From assembly GCA_038225015.1 (NCBI GenBank), contig JBBRFB010000001.1:3487-67486 (forward strand): a stretch of 64,000 bases of DNA. Reading direction: 5' to 3'. The notes under the pieces are model-generated. The model ran no database searches and was not told the origin of the DNA. It worked only from the letters and a program-made list of their open reading frames with translations. Below, piece by piece: positions 20,760 through 31,629 of this stretch; position 1 is the stretch's first letter, and each line of letters begins with the position of its first letter. Both the position numbers and the translations under genes were made by a program. The DNA is from Burkholderiales bacterium. GTDB taxonomy: Bacteria; Pseudomonadota; Gammaproteobacteria; Burkholderiales; Burkholderiaceae_C.

Positions 20760-21848
20760 ATGATTCTCGTCACCGGCGGCGCCGGCTTCATCGGCTCGAA
20801 TTTCGTCCTCGACTGGCTCTCCGCGAGCGACGAGCCGGTCGTCAACCTCGACGCGCTGACGTACGCCGGCAACCGCGAGAACCTCGCCTCGCTCGACGGC
20901 GACGCCCGGCACCTATTCGTTCACGGCGATATCGCCGACCGGGCGCTGGTCGATCGTCTGTTTGACGAGCACCGGCCGCGCGCGGTGATTCACCTGGCGG
21001 CCGAGAGCCACGTCGATCGCAGCATCCACGGCCCGGGCGCGTTCATGCGCACCAACGTCGAGGGCACCTTCACCCTGCTCGAGGCGGCTCGCCGCTACTG
21101 GACGGCACTGCCCGACGGCGAGCGGCGCGACTTCCGCTTCCTGCACGTTTCGACCGACGAGGTCTACGGCTCCCTCGGCGTAGGCGACCCGGCGTTCACC
21201 GAAGAATACCCCTACGCCCCGAACAGTCCCTATTCGGCCAGCAAGGCGGCCAGCGACCACCTGATCCGAGCCTGGCACCACACCTACGGCCTGCCCGTGC
21301 TGACCACCAATTGCAGCAACAACTACGGGCCGTTCCACTTCCCGGAAAAGCTCATCCCGCTGATGATCGTCAACGCACTGGCCGGCAAGCCGCTGCCTGT
21401 CTATGGCGACGGGCAGCAGGTGCGCGACTGGCTCTATGTGACCGACCACTGCGCCGCGATCCGCGCCGTGCTCGCCGGCGGCCGGCCGGGCGAGACCTAC
21501 AACGTCGGCGGCTGGAACGAGAAGCCGAATCTCGACATCGTGCACGGCGTCTGCGCCCTGCTCGACGAACTGCGGCCCGACCCGACGGGCTCGTATGCCC
21601 GCCTGGTAACGCACGTGACCGACCGGCCCGGTCACGACCGCCGATATGCGATCGACGCCCGCAAGGTCGAACGCGAGCTGGGCTGGCGGCCGGCCGAGAC
21701 CTTCGAGACCGGCCTGAGGCGAACGGTGCGCTGGTACCTCGACCATGGCGACTGGGTCGAACGGGTGCAGACCGGTGCCTACCGCGACTGGCTTTCGGCG
21801 AACTACGACGACCGCGCCAGCGCGCCAGCACTGACGCCGGCCGCATGA
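20760..21848 (+). CDS. rmlB: dTDP-glucose 4,6-dehydratase
   Basis: [45 protein letters not shown]. Confidence 0.97.
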   Translation: MILVTGGAGFIGSNFVLDWLSASDEPVVNLDALTYAGNRENLASLDGDARHLFVHGDIADRALVDRLFDEHRPRAVIHLAAESHVDRSIHGPGAFMRTNVEGTFTLLEAARRYWTALPDGERRDFRFLHVSTDEVYGSLGVGDPAFTEEYPYAPNSPYSASKAASDHLIRAWHHTYGLPVLTTNCSNNYGPFHFPEKLIPLMIVNALAGKPLPVYGDGQQVRDWLYVTDHCAAIRAVLAGGRPGETYNVGGWNEKPNLDIVHGVCALLDELRPDPTGSYARLVTHVTDRPGHDRRYAIDARKVERELGWRPAETFETGLRRTVRWYLDHGDWVERVQTGAYRDWLSANYDDRASAPALTPAA

Positions 21849-22744
21849 AGATCCTGCTGTTCGGAAAGAACGGTCAGGTCGGCTGGGAGCTGCAGCGCTC
21901 GCTCGCGCCGCTCGGCGAGCTGACCGCGCTTGACTTCGACAGTCCCGGCCCGCTCGGCGCCGACTTCGGCCGCCCCGCTTCACTGGCGGCGACGGTCCGT
22001 GCTGTCCGGCCGGACATGATCGTCAATGCCGCCGCCCACACCGCCGTCGACAAGGCGGAGAGCGAGCCGGAGCTGGCGCAGACATTGAATGCCGAGTCGC
22101 CGGCCATGCTCGCCGCGGAGGCCGCCGCCTGCGGTGCGCTCCTCGTGCACTACAGCACCGACTATGTCTTCGACGGCAGCGGCAGCGCGCCGCGCGACGA
22201 ATCCGCGGCCACCGGCCCGCTCAATGTCTACGGGCGGACCAAGCTCGCCGGCGAAGAAGCGATCCGCGCCAGCGGCTGCCGGCACCTGATCCTGCGCACG
22301 AGCTGGGTCTACGGCACGCGGGGCGGCAACTTCGCGCGCACGATGCTGCGCCTGGCCCAGGAACGCGACCGTTTGTCGGTGATCGATGACCAGGTCGGCG
22401 CACCGACCGGTGCCGAGCTGCTCGCCGACGCGACCGCGCATGCGTTACGCACCATGCGCGCCGATCGTGGCATGCCCGGGGGCACCTGCCATCTGGTGGC
22501 CGCTGGCGAGACCAGCTGGTTCGGCTATGCCATGCACGTGATCGATTTCGCCCGCGCCGCAGGCGCCCCCGTGAAGGTTGCAGCCGACGCGATCGCCGCC
22601 GTGCCGACGAGCGCCTTCCCGACTCCGGCCGAGCGGCCAAAGAACTCGCGCCTCGACACGACTCGCTTTCGCGACACCTTCGGCCTGACGCTGCCGCCGT
22701 GGCAGGATGGTGTCGACCGGATGCTGCGCGAACTGCTCACCTGA
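21845..22744 (+). CDS. rmlD: dTDP-4-dehydrorhamnose reductase
   Basis: [50 protein letters not shown]. Confidence 0.96.
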   Translation: MKILLFGKNGQVGWELQRSLAPLGELTALDFDSPGPLGADFGRPASLAATVRAVRPDMIVNAAAHTAVDKAESEPELAQTLNAESPAMLAAEAAACGALLVHYSTDYVFDGSGSAPRDESAATGPLNVYGRTKLAGEEAIRASGCRHLILRTSWVYGTRGGNFARTMLRLAQERDRLSVIDDQVGAPTGAELLADATAHALRTMRADRGMPGGTCHLVAAGETSWFGYAMHVIDFARAAGAPVKVAADAIAAVPTSAFPTPAERPKNSRLDTTRFRDTFGLTLPPWQDGVDRMLRELLT

Positions 22745-22766
22745 CCGACCCGAAAGCCGACCACCG

Positions 22767-23660
22767 ATGGCCAACGCCACGCCCCGCAAGGGCATCATCC
22801 TCGCCGGCGGCTCCGGCACGCGCCTGCATCCGGCCACGCTGGCCATCAGCAAGCAACTGCTGCCCGTGTACGACAAGCCGATGGTCTACTACCCGCTCAG
22901 CACGCTGATGCTGGCCGGGATCCGCGAGATCCTCGTCATCAGCACGCCCCACGACACGCCGCTCTTTCGCAACCTGCTCGGCGACGGTCGGCGCTGGGGC
23001 ATCGAGATCAGCTATTGCGTGCAGCCGAATCCAGGCGGCCTGGCGCAGGCCTTCATCCTCGGCCGCGACTTCGTCGACGGCGGCCCGAGCGCGCTCGTCC
23101 TCGGCGACAACATCTTCCACGGCCACGACCTGCAGCCACTGCTGCAGGCCGCCTCGGCGCGGCCGACCGGTGCCTCGGTCTTCGCCTACCACGTGCAGGA
23201 CCCGGAGCGTTACGGCGTAGTCGAGTTCGACGCCGGTCGGCGGGCAGTCAGCATCGAGGAAAAGCCTCGCACGCCGAAGAGCAACTACGCCGTCACCGGG
23301 CTCTATTTCTACGACGAGCAGGTGTGCGACATCGCGGCCACGATCCGACCCTCTGCCCGCGGCGAGCTCGAGATCACCGACGTCAACGCCCGCTACCTCG
23401 AGCAGCAGGCGCTCGCCGTCGAGATCATGGGCCGCGGCTACGCCTGGCTCGACACCGGCACGCACGACAGCCTGCTCGAGGCAGGTCAGTTCATCGCCAC
23501 CCTGGAAAAGCGACAGGGTCTGAAGGTGGCCTGCCCGGAGGAAGTCGCCTTTCGGGCCGGCTGGATCAGCCGCGAGGCGTTGCAGGCGATGGCGGAGCCG
23601 ATGGCCAAGAGCGGCTACGGGCACTACCTGATGCAGATCGTGAACAGTCACGTGTTCTGA
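22767..23660 (+). CDS. rmlA: Glucose-1-phosphate thymidylyltransferase
   Basis: [47 protein letters not shown]. Confidence 0.97.
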   Translation: MANATPRKGIILAGGSGTRLHPATLAISKQLLPVYDKPMVYYPLSTLMLAGIREILVISTPHDTPLFRNLLGDGRRWGIEISYCVQPNPGGLAQAFILGRDFVDGGPSALVLGDNIFHGHDLQPLLQAASARPTGASVFAYHVQDPERYGVVEFDAGRRAVSIEEKPRTPKSNYAVTGLYFYDEQVCDIAATIRPSARGELEITDVNARYLEQQALAVEIMGRGYAWLDTGTHDSLLEAGQFIATLEKRQGLKVACPEEVAFRAGWISREALQAMAEPMAKSGYGHYLMQIVNSHVF

Positions 23661-23685
23661 GGCCGTTGGCTCCGCGGGCGGGCAC

Positions 23686-24087
23686 TTGCGTCGCGCTACA
23701 CTTCTCCGTTCAACCCGTGAACACAGCCCGCAGTTGCTAGCCGCCTCCCAGCCCGACGATGCCGCCGCCGTGGCCCTCCTGCGCCTGCTCGAGGAGCATC
23801 CGGAATACACGCAGCGGCAACTGGCCACCGCGCTCGGCGTCAGCCTCGGCAAGACGCACTATCTGTTGAAGGCCCTGCTCGCCAAGGGTTGGGTGAAGGC
23901 GCAGAACTTCCGGCGCAGCGACCGCAAGCTGGGCTACCTGTACGTGCTGACGCCGAGCGGCATTCGCGAGCGGCTGCAGCTGACGCAGGCGTTCCTGGCC
24001 CGCAAGGAGCGCGAATACGTGCAGCTGCGCTCGCAGATCACGGCCCTGCGCCAGGACCTGGCCAACCAGGCGGAGCCGCGGCCGTGA
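23686..24087 (+). CDS. MarR-family EPS-associated transcriptional regulator
   Basis: wHTH TQRQLATALGVSLGKTHYLLKALLAKGWVK, YLYVLTPSG, FLARKEREY. Start uncertain (TTG 23686 or 23734). Confidence 0.88.
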   Translation: MRRATLLRSTREHSPQLLAASQPDDAAAVALLRLLEEHPEYTQRQLATALGVSLGKTHYLLKALLAKGWVKAQNFRRSDRKLGYLYVLTPSGIRERLQLTQAFLARKEREYVQLRSQITALRQDLANQAEPRP

Positions 24088-25535
24088 GCGGCGTGCGCGT
24101 CGTCCCGGTCGTGCTCTCCGGCGGCAGCGGCACGCGCCTGTGGCCGCTCTCGCGCTCGGCGCATCCGAAACAGTACCTCGCGCTCGCCGGCGAGGCGACG
24201 CTCTTCCAGCAGGCCGTCCTGCGCCTCGCCGCGCTCGGACCAGCCGGCGTGGCGGTGGCCGCCCCCTCGGTGGTGGTCAACGACGAGCAGCGCTTCACCG
24301 TGCTCGACCAGCTGCGCGACGCCGGGATCGAGCCGGGCCGGATCGTGCTCGAGCCGGTCGGGCGCAACACGGCGCCGGCCCTGACCCTGGCCGCGCTCGA
24401 CGCCGCCGCGGACGGCGACGACCCGGTGCTGGTGGTGACGCCAGCCGACCATGCCATGGTCGACGTCGCCGCCTGCACGCGTGCGATCGCCCATGCCGTG
24501 GAACTGGCTGCCGACGGCGCGATCGTCGTCTTCGGCGTCCGCCCCGACCGGCCCGACACCGGCTTCGGCTACATCCGCTGCGACGCCGCAGCGCCCGGCC
24601 TCGCCGCCCCGGTGCAGGCCTTTGTCGAGAAGCCCGACCTCGCCACCGCGACCGCCTATGTCGCCGACGAGCACTACGTCTGGAACAGCGGCATGTTCGT
24701 GATGCGCGCCAGCGCCTGGCTCGACGCCCTCGGCGAGTACCGGCCCGACATCGACGCCGCAACCCGCGCCGCCTGGGCGGCCCGCCGCGACGACCCGCCC
24801 TTCGTTCGCCCCGACGCTGCCGCCTTCGCCGCGGTTCCAGCCGAGAGCATCGACTACGCGGTGATGGAGCCGGCGAGCCGCGCCGGCTCGGGACGCCGCG
24901 TGACGATGGTGCCGCTCGACGCCGGCTGGAGCGACCTCGGCGCCTGGGACGCCGTCTGGAAGTTCGGCCCGCACGACGACGCCGGCAACGCGGTGCGCGG
25001 CGACGCCCACGTGCGCGACAGCCGGAACACCCTGGTCCATGCGACCAGCCGCCTGGTCGGCGTCATCGGGCTCGACGACGTCACCGTGGTCGAGACGGCC
25101 GACGCCGTGCTCGTCGCCCACCGCTCGTGCAGCCCGGCCGTGAAGGAACTGGTCGGCGACCTCACCCGGGCCGGTCGCGCCGAGGCGAGCGCGAACCGGC
25201 GCGTGCACCGGCCCTGGGGCTGGTACGAGAGCATCGACCAGGGCCCGCGCTTCCAGGTCAAGCGCATCGTCGTCAAGCCCGGCGCCCGGCTCAGCCTGCA
25301 GATGCATCACCACCGCGCCGAGCACTGGGTCGTCGTCTCCGGGACGGCGGAGGTGACGAACGGTGACAAGGTGTCGATGCTCAGCGAGAACCAGAGCACC
25401 TACATCCCGCTCGGCCAGACGCACCGGCTCGGCAATCCCGGCAAGGTTCCGCTCGAGATCATCGAGGTGCAGTCGGGCTCGTACCTCGGCGAGGACGACA
25501 TCGTGCGCTTCGACGACAGCTACGGGCGGGACTGA
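24084..25535 (+). CDS. manC: Mannose-1-phosphate guanylyltransferase / mannose-6-phosphate isomerase
   Basis: PVVLSGGSGTRLWPLSR, EPVGRNTAPA, FVEKP, WNSGMF, cupin RPWG..LSLQMHHHRAEHW. Confidence 0.95.
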   Translation: MSGVRVVPVVLSGGSGTRLWPLSRSAHPKQYLALAGEATLFQQAVLRLAALGPAGVAVAAPSVVVNDEQRFTVLDQLRDAGIEPGRIVLEPVGRNTAPALTLAALDAAADGDDPVLVVTPADHAMVDVAACTRAIAHAVELAADGAIVVFGVRPDRPDTGFGYIRCDAAAPGLAAPVQAFVEKPDLATATAYVADEHYVWNSGMFVMRASAWLDALGEYRPDIDAATRAAWAARRDDPPFVRPDAAAFAAVPAESIDYAVMEPASRAGSGRRVTMVPLDAGWSDLGAWDAVWKFGPHDDAGNAVRGDAHVRDSRNTLVHATSRLVGVIGLDDVTVVETADAVLVAHRSCSPAVKELVGDLTRAGRAEASANRRVHRPWGWYESIDQGPRFQVKRIVVKPGARLSLQMHHHRAEHWVVVSGTAEVTNGDKVSMLSENQSTYIPLGQTHRLGNPGKVPLEIIEVQSGSYLGEDDIVRFDDSYGRD

Positions 25536-25537
25536 GG

Positions 25538-25630
25538 ATGAAAAGGGAAGCCAGGATTCTCGTCATTGGGCATCGCGGCATGGTCGGTTCGGCGCGAGCA
25601 CGTCGTCTCGCCTGCGACGACAAGGAATAG
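25538..25630 (+). pseudogene. fcl: N-terminal relic of GDP-L-fucose synthase
   Basis: ATG 2 nt after the manC stop encodes MKREARILVIGHRGMVGSARARRLACDDKE*, matching the Fcl/WcaG N-terminal motif GHRGMVGSA; only 30 codons. Confidence 0.75.
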
Positions 25631-25636
25631 GCAGCC

Positions 25637-26959
25637 ATGCGAGTCACCATCATCGGCACCGGGTACGTCGGCCTCGTTACGGGCGCATGCCTGGCCGACC
25701 TCGGCAACGACGTGCTCTGTCTCGACGTGGATGAGCAAAAGATCGCCTCGCTGCGTGACGGCAAGGTCCTGATCCACGAGCCGGGGCTGACCGAGATGGT
25801 GCAGCGCAACGCGACTGCCGCGCGGCTGCGCTTCACGACCGACCCGCGCAAGTCCGCATTGCACGGCAAGGTGCAGTTCATCGCCGTCGGGACACCGCCG
25901 GAGGAGGACGGGTCGGCCGACCTGCGGTACGTGCTCGGCGCGGCCCGCCAGATCGGTCGCCACATGGACGGCTGGCGCGTCGTGGTCGACAAGAGCACGG
26001 TACCCGTAGGCACCGCGGGCAAAGTCCGTGATGCGATCGGACGCGAGCTGCGCGAGCGTGGCGTCGAGTACCGTTTCAGTGTGGTCTCGAACCCCGAATT
26101 CCTGAAGGAAGGCGCGGCGATCGACGACTTCATGCGCCCCGATCGCATCGTCGTCGGCAGCGACGACGCGGAGTCGATCGAGGTCATGCGCCAACTCTAC
26201 GCGCCGTTCGAACGCAACCACGCGAAGCTGATGGTGATGGATGTGGCCTCGGCCGAGCTCACCAAGTACGCGGCCAACGCGATGCTGGCCACTCGGATCA
26301 GCTTCATGAACGAGATGGCACTGCTCGCCGAAAAACTGGGCGCCGACATCGACGCCGTGCGACGCGGCATCGGCAGCGACCCGCGCATCGGCAGCCATTT
26401 CCTCTATGCCGGATGTGGCTACGGCGGCTCGTGCTTTCCGAAGGACGTGAAAGCGCTGGCCCGCGCGGCCGCAGAAGTCGGCACGCCGCTGAGCGTTCTC
26501 GATGCTGTCGACGCTGCCAACGAGCGACAGAAGCAGGTCCTGCCGGAGAAGGTCGAGGCCCGCTTCGGCGCAGACCTCTCGGGGCACGTGTTCGCGCTCT
26601 GGGGACTCGCGTTCAAGCCCGGCACCGACGATATGCGCGAAGCGCCGAGCCGGCACATTGCCGCCGAGCTGCTTGAGCGGGGTGCCCGCCTTCGCGCTTA
26701 CGACCCCGCGGCAACCTCCGAGGCACGGCGCGTCTTCGCTGGCCAGCCCCGCATCGAGCTCTGCGAGAGCGCACTTGACGCCGTGCGGGGTGCCGACGCG
26801 CTTGTCATCGTTACCGAGTGGAAGGAATTTCGCAGCACGGATCTGGAGCGCGTCAAGTCGCTGATGCGCCAGGCAGTGGTCTTCGACGGCCGCAACATCT
26901 GGAATCCGCGCCAGGCACGCGAGGCGGGTTTCGAATACGCAGGGATCGGCCGACCGTGA
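25637..26959 (+). CDS. ugd: UDP-glucose 6-dehydrogenase
   Basis: [54 protein letters not shown]. Confidence 0.92.
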   Translation: MRVTIIGTGYVGLVTGACLADLGNDVLCLDVDEQKIASLRDGKVLIHEPGLTEMVQRNATAARLRFTTDPRKSALHGKVQFIAVGTPPEEDGSADLRYVLGAARQIGRHMDGWRVVVDKSTVPVGTAGKVRDAIGRELRERGVEYRFSVVSNPEFLKEGAAIDDFMRPDRIVVGSDDAESIEVMRQLYAPFERNHAKLMVMDVASAELTKYAANAMLATRISFMNEMALLAEKLGADIDAVRRGIGSDPRIGSHFLYAGCGYGGSCFPKDVKALARAAAEVGTPLSVLDAVDAANERQKQVLPEKVEARFGADLSGHVFALWGLAFKPGTDDMREAPSRHIAAELLERGARLRAYDPAATSEARRVFAGQPRIELCESALDAVRGADALVIVTEWKEFRSTDLERVKSLMRQAVVFDGRNIWNPRQAREAGFEYAGIGRP

Positions 26960-28014
26960 TCGGAATCGCCCTCCTCGGCTGCGGTCGCATTGCCAAGCGG
27001 CACGCGGACCTGCTCGGCACCGGGCAGATCCGCGGCGCGCGCCTCGCCGCGGTCTGCGACGTCCAGGCGGATCGCGCGGCGGCGTTCGGGGATCGTTACG
27101 ATGTCCCCTGGTTCGATTCGATCCCCTCGTTGCTCGCGGCACCGGGAATCGACGCTGTCGCCGTGCTCACACCGAGCGGCATGCACGCCGAGCACGCGAT
27201 CGCGGTTGCGCGAACGCGGCGCCACGTCATCGTCGAGAAGCCGATGGCGCTGACGCTCGACGACGCGGCTCGGATGATCGACGCCGCCGACAGCGCCGGC
27301 ATCAGCCTCTTCGTCGTCAAGCAGAACCGCTTCAACGTTCCGGTCGTCAAGGCGCGCGAGGCGCTCGACGCCGGTCGCTTCGGACAACTCGTTCTCGGCA
27401 CGGTGCGGGTGCGCTGGTGCCGCGACCAAGCCTACTACGCACAGGACCGGTGGCGTGGCACCTGGGCCCAGGATGGCGGCGTCCTGGCGAACCAGGCGAG
27501 TCACCACGTCGACATGCTTGGCTGGTTCATGGGCGAGGTCGAGTCCGTACACGCGCGTGCTGTCACGGCGCTCGTCGACATCGAGGCCGAGGACACGGCT
27601 GTCGCGACCCTTCGTTTTCGAAACGGCGCGCTCGGCATCATCGAGGCGACTTCGGCCGCGCGGCCGAGTGACATGGAGGGATCGCTCTCAGTGCTCGGAT
27701 CAGGTGGGGCGGTGGAGATCGCCGGCTTCGCCGTCAATCGCATCCGTACCTGGCAATTCGTCAAGCCGCTGCCGAGCGACGCTGACGTCATCGCCAGCTA
27801 TTCGGTGAACCCGCCCAATGTGTACGGGTTCGGCCATCAAGCGTACTACGAGCATGTGGTCGACTGCCTGAACGGAGTGGCGTCGCCCCTCGTTGATGGA
27901 CACGGCGGCCGGCAAAGCCTGGAACTGGTGATGGCACTCTACGAATCGATCGCTTCCGGGCGCGAAGTGACGCTCCCGCTGGTGGTCGAGCACTGCCGAC
28001 TGGGGCTCCCGTGA
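26956..28014 (+). CDS. Gfo/Idh/MocA oxidoreductase, WbpB/WlbA-like sugar 3-dehydrogenase
   Basis: [49 protein letters not shown]. Adjacent to an acetyltransferase and an aminotransferase. Confidence 0.85.
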   Translation: MIGIALLGCGRIAKRHADLLGTGQIRGARLAAVCDVQADRAAAFGDRYDVPWFDSIPSLLAAPGIDAVAVLTPSGMHAEHAIAVARTRRHVIVEKPMALTLDDAARMIDAADSAGISLFVVKQNRFNVPVVKAREALDAGRFGQLVLGTVRVRWCRDQAYYAQDRWRGTWAQDGGVLANQASHHVDMLGWFMGEVESVHARAVTALVDIEAEDTAVATLRFRNGALGIIEATSAARPSDMEGSLSVLGSGGAVEIAGFAVNRIRTWQFVKPLPSDADVIASYSVNPPNVYGFGHQAYYEHVVDCLNGVASPLVDGHGGRQSLELVMALYESIASGREVTLPLVVEHCRLGLP

Positions 28015-28520
28015 CTGCTGCGAAGCCGGCGGCTCAGCCGCAGCCCCTCGCCGGCATCCGGGACGTGGAGTTCGGTGCTCGCGTCCGGATCGTTGGGCCC
28101 GTGAATCTTTACGAATGCCGGATCGGCGACGACTGCTTCGTCGGGCCCTTCACCGAGATTCAGGCAGGCGTATCGATCGGTGATCGAACGCGCATCCAAT
28201 CCCATGCCTTCGTATGCACGCAGGTGACGATTGGCAGCGACTGCTTCGTGGGACACGGTGTGATGTTCACGAACGATCCGTTCACCGTCGGCGGGCCGGC
28301 GCATGGTCGAGGCAACCTGCTGCGCCCGACATGCATCGGCGATCGCGTTTCGATTGGCTCCAACGCCACGCTACTTCCGATCGCGGTGTGCGACGATGTA
28401 GTCATCGGTGCGGGTTCGGTGGTCACGCGCGATATCGTTCGCGCGGGCATCTATGCCGGCAATCCGGCCCGCTTCCTTCGCTCGGCGGCGGCCAGGCCTC
28501 TGGACGAGGGGGGCAAATGA
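28011..28520 (+). CDS. Hexapeptide-repeat N-acetyltransferase (WbpD/WlbB/FdtC-like)
   Basis: Left-handed beta-helix repeats, IQSHAF, GVMFTND, IGSNAT, GAGSVVTRD, AGNPAR. Confidence 0.85.
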   Translation: MTAAKPAAQPQPLAGIRDVEFGARVRIVGPVNLYECRIGDDCFVGPFTEIQAGVSIGDRTRIQSHAFVCTQVTIGSDCFVGHGVMFTNDPFTVGGPAHGRGNLLRPTCIGDRVSIGSNATLLPIAVCDDVVIGAGSVVTRDIVRAGIYAGNPARFLRSAAARPLDEGGK

Positions 28521-29632
28521 CGGCGGTGCCCTTCTCCGATCTGCACGCGCAGTACCTATCGCTGAAGAAGGAGATCGACGCGGCGATCGCCGACGTCATC
28601 CGCACGTCGGCCTTCATCCGCGGGCCGCAGGTCGAGAGCTTCGAGCGCGAGTTCGCGACAGCCGTCGACGCGCGCCACTGCGTCTCATGTGCCAACGGCA
28701 CCGATTCGCTCTATATCGCGATGCGTGCTCTCGGCGTGCGCCCGGGCGACGAGGTCATCGTCCCGGCGCACTCGTGGATTTCGACGAGCGAGACCGTCAC
28801 CCAGGCGGGGGGCGTCGTGGTCTTTTGCGACACCGATTCGGCGACCTACACCATCGATCCGGACGCGCTCGAGTCGTTGGTGACCGCGCGCACCGTCGGC
28901 ATCATTCCCGTCCACCTGTACGGCCAGCCCGCCGACATGCCGGCCGTCATGAAGGTTGCTGTGAAGCACCGGCTCTGGGTGATCGAGGATTGCGCGCAGG
29001 CTCACCTTGCGCGCTGCGATGGCCGGTTCGCCGGCTCCTTCGGCAACGCCGCCTCGTGGTCCTTTTATCCAGGCAAGAATCTCGGCGCGATGGGCGACGC
29101 CGGTGCGATCACCACCGACGACGAGGCGCTTGCGCAACATATGACGCGTCTCGCGCGCCATGGCGGGCTGGTCAAGGGCGAGCATCGGATCGAGGGCATG
29201 AACAGCCGCCTCGACGGGATCCAGGCAGCGGTGCTCCGGGTGAAGCTCAGGCATCTCGACGCGTGGACTCGCCGCCGCCGGGCAATCGCCGGCCGCTTCA
29301 TCGGTGCCATGAGCGGCCGACCTGGCCTGCGCGTGCCGAATGTCTTGCCGACGCGCGAGCACGTCTTCCACCTGTTCGTCGTCGAGCACCCCGAACGCGA
29401 CGCGCTGGCGGCATACCTTCGGCGTTCAGGCATCGAGTCGGCGGTGAACTATCCGGTAGCGCTGCCGTTCCTTCCCGCATACGAGCGCTTCGCTCACGCC
29501 CCTGCCGAGTTTCCGAATGCCTTTGCCGCGCAGTCGCGCATCCTGTCGCTACCGATCTTCGCCGAGCTGAGCGAGGCGCAGATCCATTCCGTCATTCATT
29601 CGGTCACCGCCTTCGCGGCTGGCGAGCGTTGA
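28517..29632 (+). CDS. DegT/DnrJ/EryC1/StrS aminotransferase (WbpE/WlbC-like)
   Basis: VPFSDLHAQY, PVHLYGQPAD, EDCAQAH, SFYPGKNLGAMGDAG, NSRLDGIQAA. Confidence 0.92.
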   Translation: MTAVPFSDLHAQYLSLKKEIDAAIADVIRTSAFIRGPQVESFEREFATAVDARHCVSCANGTDSLYIAMRALGVRPGDEVIVPAHSWISTSETVTQAGGVVVFCDTDSATYTIDPDALESLVTARTVGIIPVHLYGQPADMPAVMKVAVKHRLWVIEDCAQAHLARCDGRFAGSFGNAASWSFYPGKNLGAMGDAGAITTDDEALAQHMTRLARHGGLVKGEHRIEGMNSRLDGIQAAVLRVKLRHLDAWTRRRRAIAGRFIGAMSGRPGLRVPNVLPTREHVFHLFVVEHPERDALAAYLRRSGIESAVNYPVALPFLPAYERFAHAPAEFPNAFAAQSRILSLPIFAELSEAQIHSVIHSVTAFAAGER

Positions 29633-29661
29633 TCGGCGGCGATACCGAAGTCGCCGAGAGA

Positions 29662-31629
29662 TCAGGGAACGCGGGCTGGATCGGCTTGGCGCGCACCCTC
29701 GCCGGCCAAGACGACGGCTTTCGCCTCGTGCGCCGTTCGCAGTGGCGTCGCCGACGATGTCGCTACGCCGTCCTCCTCCTCGCGCGGCCGGTATTCCGGA
29801 ACGAGCTCGCGCAGAATCGCCATAGCCTCATCGTGGCGTCGGCCGAGTCCGGCCTCGCGAAGCCTCTCCAGCGAGGCCGAGAGTGGTTCCCAGCGCAAGA
29901 AGGTTTCAGCAGCGCGCCAGATCCGCGGATGGTCACTCGGCGACACATCATCGCCGAGAAGAAGCTCCTCGAAGAGCTTCTCGCCCGGCCGCAGGCCGAC
30001 GATCTCGATCTCGATGTCGCCCTCCTGGCCATCGGCGCGTTCGGTCAGGCCCGAGAGATGAATCATCTTGCGTGCCAGGTCGATGATCCGGATGGGCTCG
30101 CCCATGTCGAGCACGAAGACCTCGCCGCCATCGGCCATCGCGCCCGCCTGGATGACGAGCTGGGCCGCCTCCGGAATCAGCATGAAGAAACGGGTGATGT
30201 CACGGTGGGTCAGGGTCAGCGGGCCGCCACTGCGGATCTGCTGACGAAAGAGCGGCACGACAGAGCCGGAAGAGCCGAGCACGTTGCCGAAGCGCACGAT
30301 CGAGAAGCGCGTCGTCGTCGTCGCGGCAAGGGCCTGAAAGATCTGCTCGGCGATCCGCTTGGTTGCACCCATCACGTTGGTCGGTCGGACCGCCTTGTCG
30401 GTTGAGACGAGGATGCAAGCCTGCACCCCAGCCGCGGCAGCGGCTCGGGCCACCGCCAGGCTGCCGAACACGTTGTTTGTGATCCCCTGAAGGACATTGA
30501 ATTCGACCAGAGGCACATGCTTGTAAGCGGCGGCGTGATACACCGTGTCGATCGCGTGATGGGCGAGGAGCATCGACAGCAAGTCGCCGTCGACGACCGA
30601 GCCCAGCACCGAGACGATCGACAGCACGGGGAAGTTTTGCCGCAACTCGCGGTCGATCTCGTAGAGCGCGAACTCCGAGTGATCCACGAGGACCAGCACG
30701 CGTGGCTGCTGTGAGGCGACCTGTCGGCATAGCTCAGTGCCGATCGACCCGCCAGCGCCGGTGACGAGAACGCCGCGGTCGAGGATGTTGCGGGTGAAGA
30801 GATCCGCGCGCGGTGGCACTGGCTCGCGACCGAGCAGATCCGTCAGCTCGACATCGCGCAGTGCCGACAAGGTGACCTTGCCACCGACGAGCTCGCGAAT
30901 GCCTGGCAGTACCCGTGTCGGGATCGAGAGCGCTTCGAGTCGATCGAGAATCTCCTGGCGACGCCGAGCGCTCACCGTCGGCAACGCGACGACGAGCATG
31001 TCGATCCGTTCCGTGCGCGCGCTCGTCTCCAGATCCTCGACCGAATGGACGCGCAACCCTGCGACGAGCTTGCCCTGAAGGGCCGGATCGTCGTCGACGA
31101 AAAAGAGCGGCACGTAGGCGCGACTTTGCAGCATCGACTGCGCGAGATGGGCCCCGGCCAGGCCGGCACCGTAGATCACGGTCAGGTCGGGACGCATGCC
31201 GCTTCGCGACGCCGCCCGCCGACGTAGCACCGTGCGCGCGAAGAAGCGCGTGATGGCGACGTACGAGAAGGCCAATGAGCCGAAGATCCAGAGCGCGGCA
31301 AGACGGAAATCAAGCGAGAGCAGCACGGCCGTGGCGTGCGCCAGGACGACAACGACGAGCAACCCGGTCGCAGCGCGCATGATGATGCGCGAATCGAGAT
31401 AGCGCACGACGGAGAGATAGAGGCCGGATTGGCCGAGGGCGGCAACGCAAGCTACCGCTGTGAAGCCGCCGAACAGGACATCGGTGCTGGCAGGCGGCGA
31501 GACGGCACCGTTGCGCAGGCAGATCGCCATGTAGAAAAGCCCCGGGAGGCAGATCGCGTCGAGCGCGACCATGAGAGCGATCTTCTGGCTTCGCGTCAGC
31601 GAAGCGAGCCGCGGCAGGAGCGGCGACAT
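29662..31629 (-). CDS. Membrane-bound UDP-GlcNAc 4,6-dehydratase (CapD/PglF/WbpM family)
   Basis: N-terminal TM helices, IYGAGLAG, DLLGREP, VTGAGGSIGTELCRQ, HAAAYKHVP, STDKAVRPTNVMGATK, VRFGNVLGSSGSV, RPGEKLFEEL. Confidence 0.93.
   Translation of the reverse strand: MSPLLPRLASLTRSQKIALMVALDAICLPGLFYMAICLRNGAVSPPASTDVLFGGFTAVACVAALGQSGLYLSVVRYLDSRIIMRAATGLLVVVVLAHATAVLLSLDFRLAALWIFGSLAFSYVAITRFFARTVLRRRAASRSGMRPDLTVIYGAGLAGAHLAQSMLQSRAYVPLFFVDDDPALQGKLVAGLRVHSVEDLETSARTERIDMLVVALPTVSARRRQEILDRLEALSIPTRVLPGIRELVGGKVTLSALRDVELTDLLGREPVPPRADLFTRNILDRGVLVTGAGGSIGTELCRQVASQQPRVLVLVDHSEFALYEIDRELRQNFPVLSIVSVLGSVVDGDLLSMLLAHHAIDTVYHAAAYKHVPLVEFNVLQGITNNVFGSLAVARAAAAAGVQACILVSTDKAVRPTNVMGATKRIAEQIFQALAATTTTRFSIVRFGNVLGSSGSVVPLFRQQIRSGGPLTLTHRDITRFFMLIPEAAQLVIQAGAMADGGEVFVLDMGEPIRIIDLARKMIHLSGLTERADGQEGDIEIEIVGLRPGEKLFEELLLGDDVSPSDHPRIWRAAETFLRWEPLSASLERLREAGLGRRHDEAMAILRELVPEYRPREEEDGVATSSATPLRTAHEAKAVVLAGEGARQADPARVP

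Noticed and set aside
29633-29657. Hairpin between the convergent arms as a bidirectional terminator
   Set aside because: 8-bp GC stem with no U-tract on either strand; not distinguishable from chance in this GC content.
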